DNA of 64,000 nt from Vicugna vicugna (lineage: Eukaryota), in contig MU058213.1 of the NCBI GenBank assembly GCA_013265495.1, positions 2,232,001 to 2,296,000 on the forward strand. The letters run 5' to 3'. The position numbers were made by a program, and so were the translations under genes. The notes under the pieces are model-generated. The model was not told the DNA's origin, searched no databases, and saw nothing but the letters and a program-made list of their open reading frames with translations. Positions 60,880 to 64,000 of the stretch are shown here, one piece after another; the stretch's first letter is position 1; each line of letters starts with the position of its first letter.

Positions 60880-62779
60880 CCACCTTAAAAGTAAATTCAT
60901 GTATCACTTGGCAAACTTTTAGGTCAGATTTTTAAAAAGGCTCAGTTAGGGTACAGCCTTTTGCCTCTGCAAATGTCCTAAATAGAGACAATTGGACTCT
61001 CTCTTCTGCATTCTCACAGTATTTTGGTTGCCGTTCTATTCTAGCCTTGCATTTATTCTACATATATTTACAGAGGACCCCCCAAAATGTAGGTGGCTAA
61101 GATAGTCACCACCCCTTCCCTAAAGGAGTTCACTTGGTATAATTGTTTTCATGTCCATTTCTCTTATAAAATTACCTATTTCACCATATGTACTATTTGT
61201 TAGTCTGTTTCTTTTCATTTTAACCATGCATCTCAAAGATTTTCCAAGACAGGAGATACAGACCCTACCTCATTTTTACCAATATATAAGAAAATTGGTT
61301 GTTTTAATGGGAATCTTGGGACGGCTGTTTGTAAGACAACTTGAGATGCTGATAAATTACTATGCCTGATATTGTGTGTAGTTTGATGGCTTTCAGACAC
61401 TTTTCCATTTATTCTTTCTTTAACTTGTAAAGGAATATGGGGCCCAGAGTAGTGGATTATTTTCTAGGCAGAAAATCTCAGAAGCCCAGAAGTTCAGTTA
61501 ACTCACTCATCTTCATAGCAAATTCTAGGAGTAGACCCAGAGGGAACTGTGGCCTCAAGTCTATCTGTAACTCATCTAGTGGTTCATCTGTCTATCTGTT
61601 AACCTGTCCATCTCTTTTGGTCCACAAAGGATTTGAAATGGTCAGTTGTGTCTGGCAATGAGACTGATACTCTTAAGTGATTGATAAGTTATCTCTAAGA
61701 GGAATTCATCAAACGAACATTGAGATCAGTTTTGGAATAACTTGCTTGCAAAATGAGTGTTGTGGAGGCGGCAGCACCCATTTGTGTGTAGGGACACTGG
61801 GATTTTAAGGAAGAAGTAAGTCTGCCTCCTGTACAGCCACATTTCATGTATGCTAAATGACTGTGAAGGTTTCTCTGCCATATTGGTTTAAATTTATACT
61901 TACTGTTACAGAAGAATAGAGTCAAGGGTGTTTTTACCGGTACAGAGGTAAGTAACAATTCACGGCAGATTGAGTGATCTTAGCCAAGCAGAGTGGTCTG
62001 GGATGGTCCTTCTGGGAGACCTGGGCCTGGTGATTCCCTCAGCAACTTCCTGGAAGTGTAACAGACACCGTATCCCTAATCTTCATTCATGTGTACACCC
62101 TAATTTTTTTTTTCTGCTACCAGGAAACACTTTTAACCAAGAAATTAAATATTTAATTTTTGCTAATTTGCAGATAATGATCTTCCTAACAGATATTTCC
62201 ATCTTTTTTTTTTTGTCAAATGTCAGTGACTCCCTAAAGAATGTTGGGTTTTTTTCCCCCTGCAATACTCTGCTAAAGAGGATCAGGAGAGTTTGAAATA
62301 GTTGAAAGTTTGGGTATGGCTACAATTGCCTATTTGTCTTGGAGCTAGAAAATGTATTCTCATTTCTGTAACTTTGCAATTTGTGACTGCTTTATGTGTT
62401 TTATTGATCTCAGTAATTCTGAGAAGACCAAAGCTCAATAGTCTCTTTGCTTTAACCAAAGATGTCCAAAGAATTTGATACCACTTGATGAACTTGTTTG
62501 ACTTTTTACTTGGCAAAGGGCAATTTTGTTTGAGTAGAACCACAGTAAGTGACAACAAATCCAAATTTCCCATCCCCAGCTTCTTTGAGACGTAGTGACA
62601 TACCTTGCTGGGGTATTCCAGTGGAAGAGGCTGTAGCATCTCAGAAGGATAAAATGCCCCTTTTCTTTCACATGCCTCCTATGGTAAAATCTAGGCTGTG
62701 GTTAAATTGTAACATTCCTCCTGCCCCTCCACTCTCTTCCACACCTGTACTCCTGAACTTTGCAGGAGAAGGAAATAAG

Positions 62780-63530
62780 ACCTGACAAGTGGGATCACTG
62801 TAAATCTACGGCCATGCAGCTCAAAGGAGTCTTTTCCAGCCTCTCTGCTTCAGTTCCTCTATAATCTTTCTTCCTAATTCTCCAAGATGACCATTTGTTA
62901 GTTCTATCTTTTCTTGACACCTCCAGTATTTATGTCTCTACAGTGATGAAAAATTTCAAACTTTAATGAGAAAATAGAACCATTCAAAATAAGAAACCTA
63001 TCATCTTTTTACTGTTGAATTCCTAAACGCATGTGTATTTGCACCCAGTGATTCCCCTTCTGACTAAATGGAAGAAAAGCCCTTCTTTCCCCTCCACTTG
63101 CAGTCTTCACCCATCCACTCTGTTTTTGTTTTTGTTTTTGTTTTCATTTTGTTCCTATGAAGTGGAAGCATGCTTTAATATAGCCCATATTAAAAACAAA
63201 ACCAAACATTCTTTTTACACTCCAACTACCACCCAGTTTCCTTTCTCCCTTTCACATAGTGAAAGGATTGTCTCTATTCGTTATGTCTACTTCACCTTTT
63301 ATTCTCTTTTTGACTCATTTCTTTCCAGTTTTTGCTACCACTGTCCACTGAAATTGTTTCATCAAGGTCAGCAATGAACCCACTCGGTCAATATCAGCCT
63401 GTATCTTACTTGGTTGTTCAGTCTAATTTAATATGATCGACCACTCTTCCCTTATTGACACCTCCACTTTTGGCTAAATCTTTGGTACCACATTTGCTAG
63501 CTTTTCTCCTGCCTCAATGACACTCTACAG
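62780..63530 (+). mobile_element. L2 LINE internal fragment
   Basis: ccactgtccactgaaattgtttcatcaaggtcagcaatgaac..tatcttacttg..gaccactcttccctt. Confidence 0.7.
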
Positions 63531-63534
63531 TGTT

Positions 63535-63935
63535 TTCTTTTTAAAATTAACTAATTAATTACTTATTTAAAAATCATACTATTTTCTTAAAATAGGATTG
63601 ACATGTAAAAATCTGTCCATGTTGAATGTATACAACTCAGTTTAAGGATAAGTATACACTCACGAAACCATCACTACCTTGATCAAGGCCATAATGTATC
63701 CATCACTTCTCAAAGTTACCCCTCCATCCCCTTTATCATTATTTTCTCTGTATGGTAGGAACACTTAACATAAGATCTACCCTGTTAGCACATTCTAAGT
63801 ATAAAACACAGTATAGTTAGCTATAAGTACTCTGTTGTGTAGTAGGTTTCCAGATCTTGTACTGAAACTTCACGCCCTGTGACCATTGCTTCCCCATTTC
63901 TCCTTCCCCCGACCCCTGGCAACCACCTCCTGTTA
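63535..63935 (-). mobile_element. L1MA8/9-like 3' end
   Basis: tatacactcacgaaaccatcactac..gaacacttaacataagatctaccct..cccctggcaaccacc. Confidence 0.85.
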
Positions 63936-63996
63936 CCATCAGGAATAGGAATTTAATATATGAATTTTGAGGGACATACATACTCAGTCTATAACA
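63936..63996 (-). mobile_element. 5'-terminal fragment of a MaLR LTR (MLT1A/MST-like)
   Basis: rc tgttatagactgagtatgtatgtccctcaaaattcatatattaaattccta resembles the LTR start at 47803. Confidence 0.75.
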
Positions 63997-64000
63997 GTAG

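Noticed and set aside
1..64000. CRISPR array, operon or other prokaryotic-type system
   Set aside because: Sequence is mammalian repeat-rich DNA with no regularly spaced repeat-spacer array and no gene-dense ORF organisation.

Overview
AT-rich, CpG-poor mammalian intronic or intergenic DNA dominated by transposable-element remnants. I found no recognisable host protein-coding exon, structural RNA gene or CpG island. Three copies of a short tRNA-derived SINE of the Vic-1 type, together with artiodactyl-type L1 ends and no visible Alu, Bov-tA or PRE1, suggest a camelid genome (inference). The main elements are a decayed, near-full-length minus-strand L1 (about 38.6-44.4 kb; most of ORF1 and the poly(A) tail are lost), an older plus-strand L1 with many nested insertions (44.6-49.3 kb), a full-length Tigger1 next to a Tigger3-type element inside an old L1 (18.4-21.5 kb), about ten solo LTRs, and many MIR, L2, CR1 and MER fragments. 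The only ORFs with recognisable protein similarity are broken L1 ORF1/ORF2 and Tigger1 transposase pieces. I could not support a new biological system. The observations worth follow-up are retrotransposition and rearrangement scars, a few unproven small-exon candidates and a few enhancer motifs. Repeat family names are from recall, not a database search, and boundaries of old elements are approximate.
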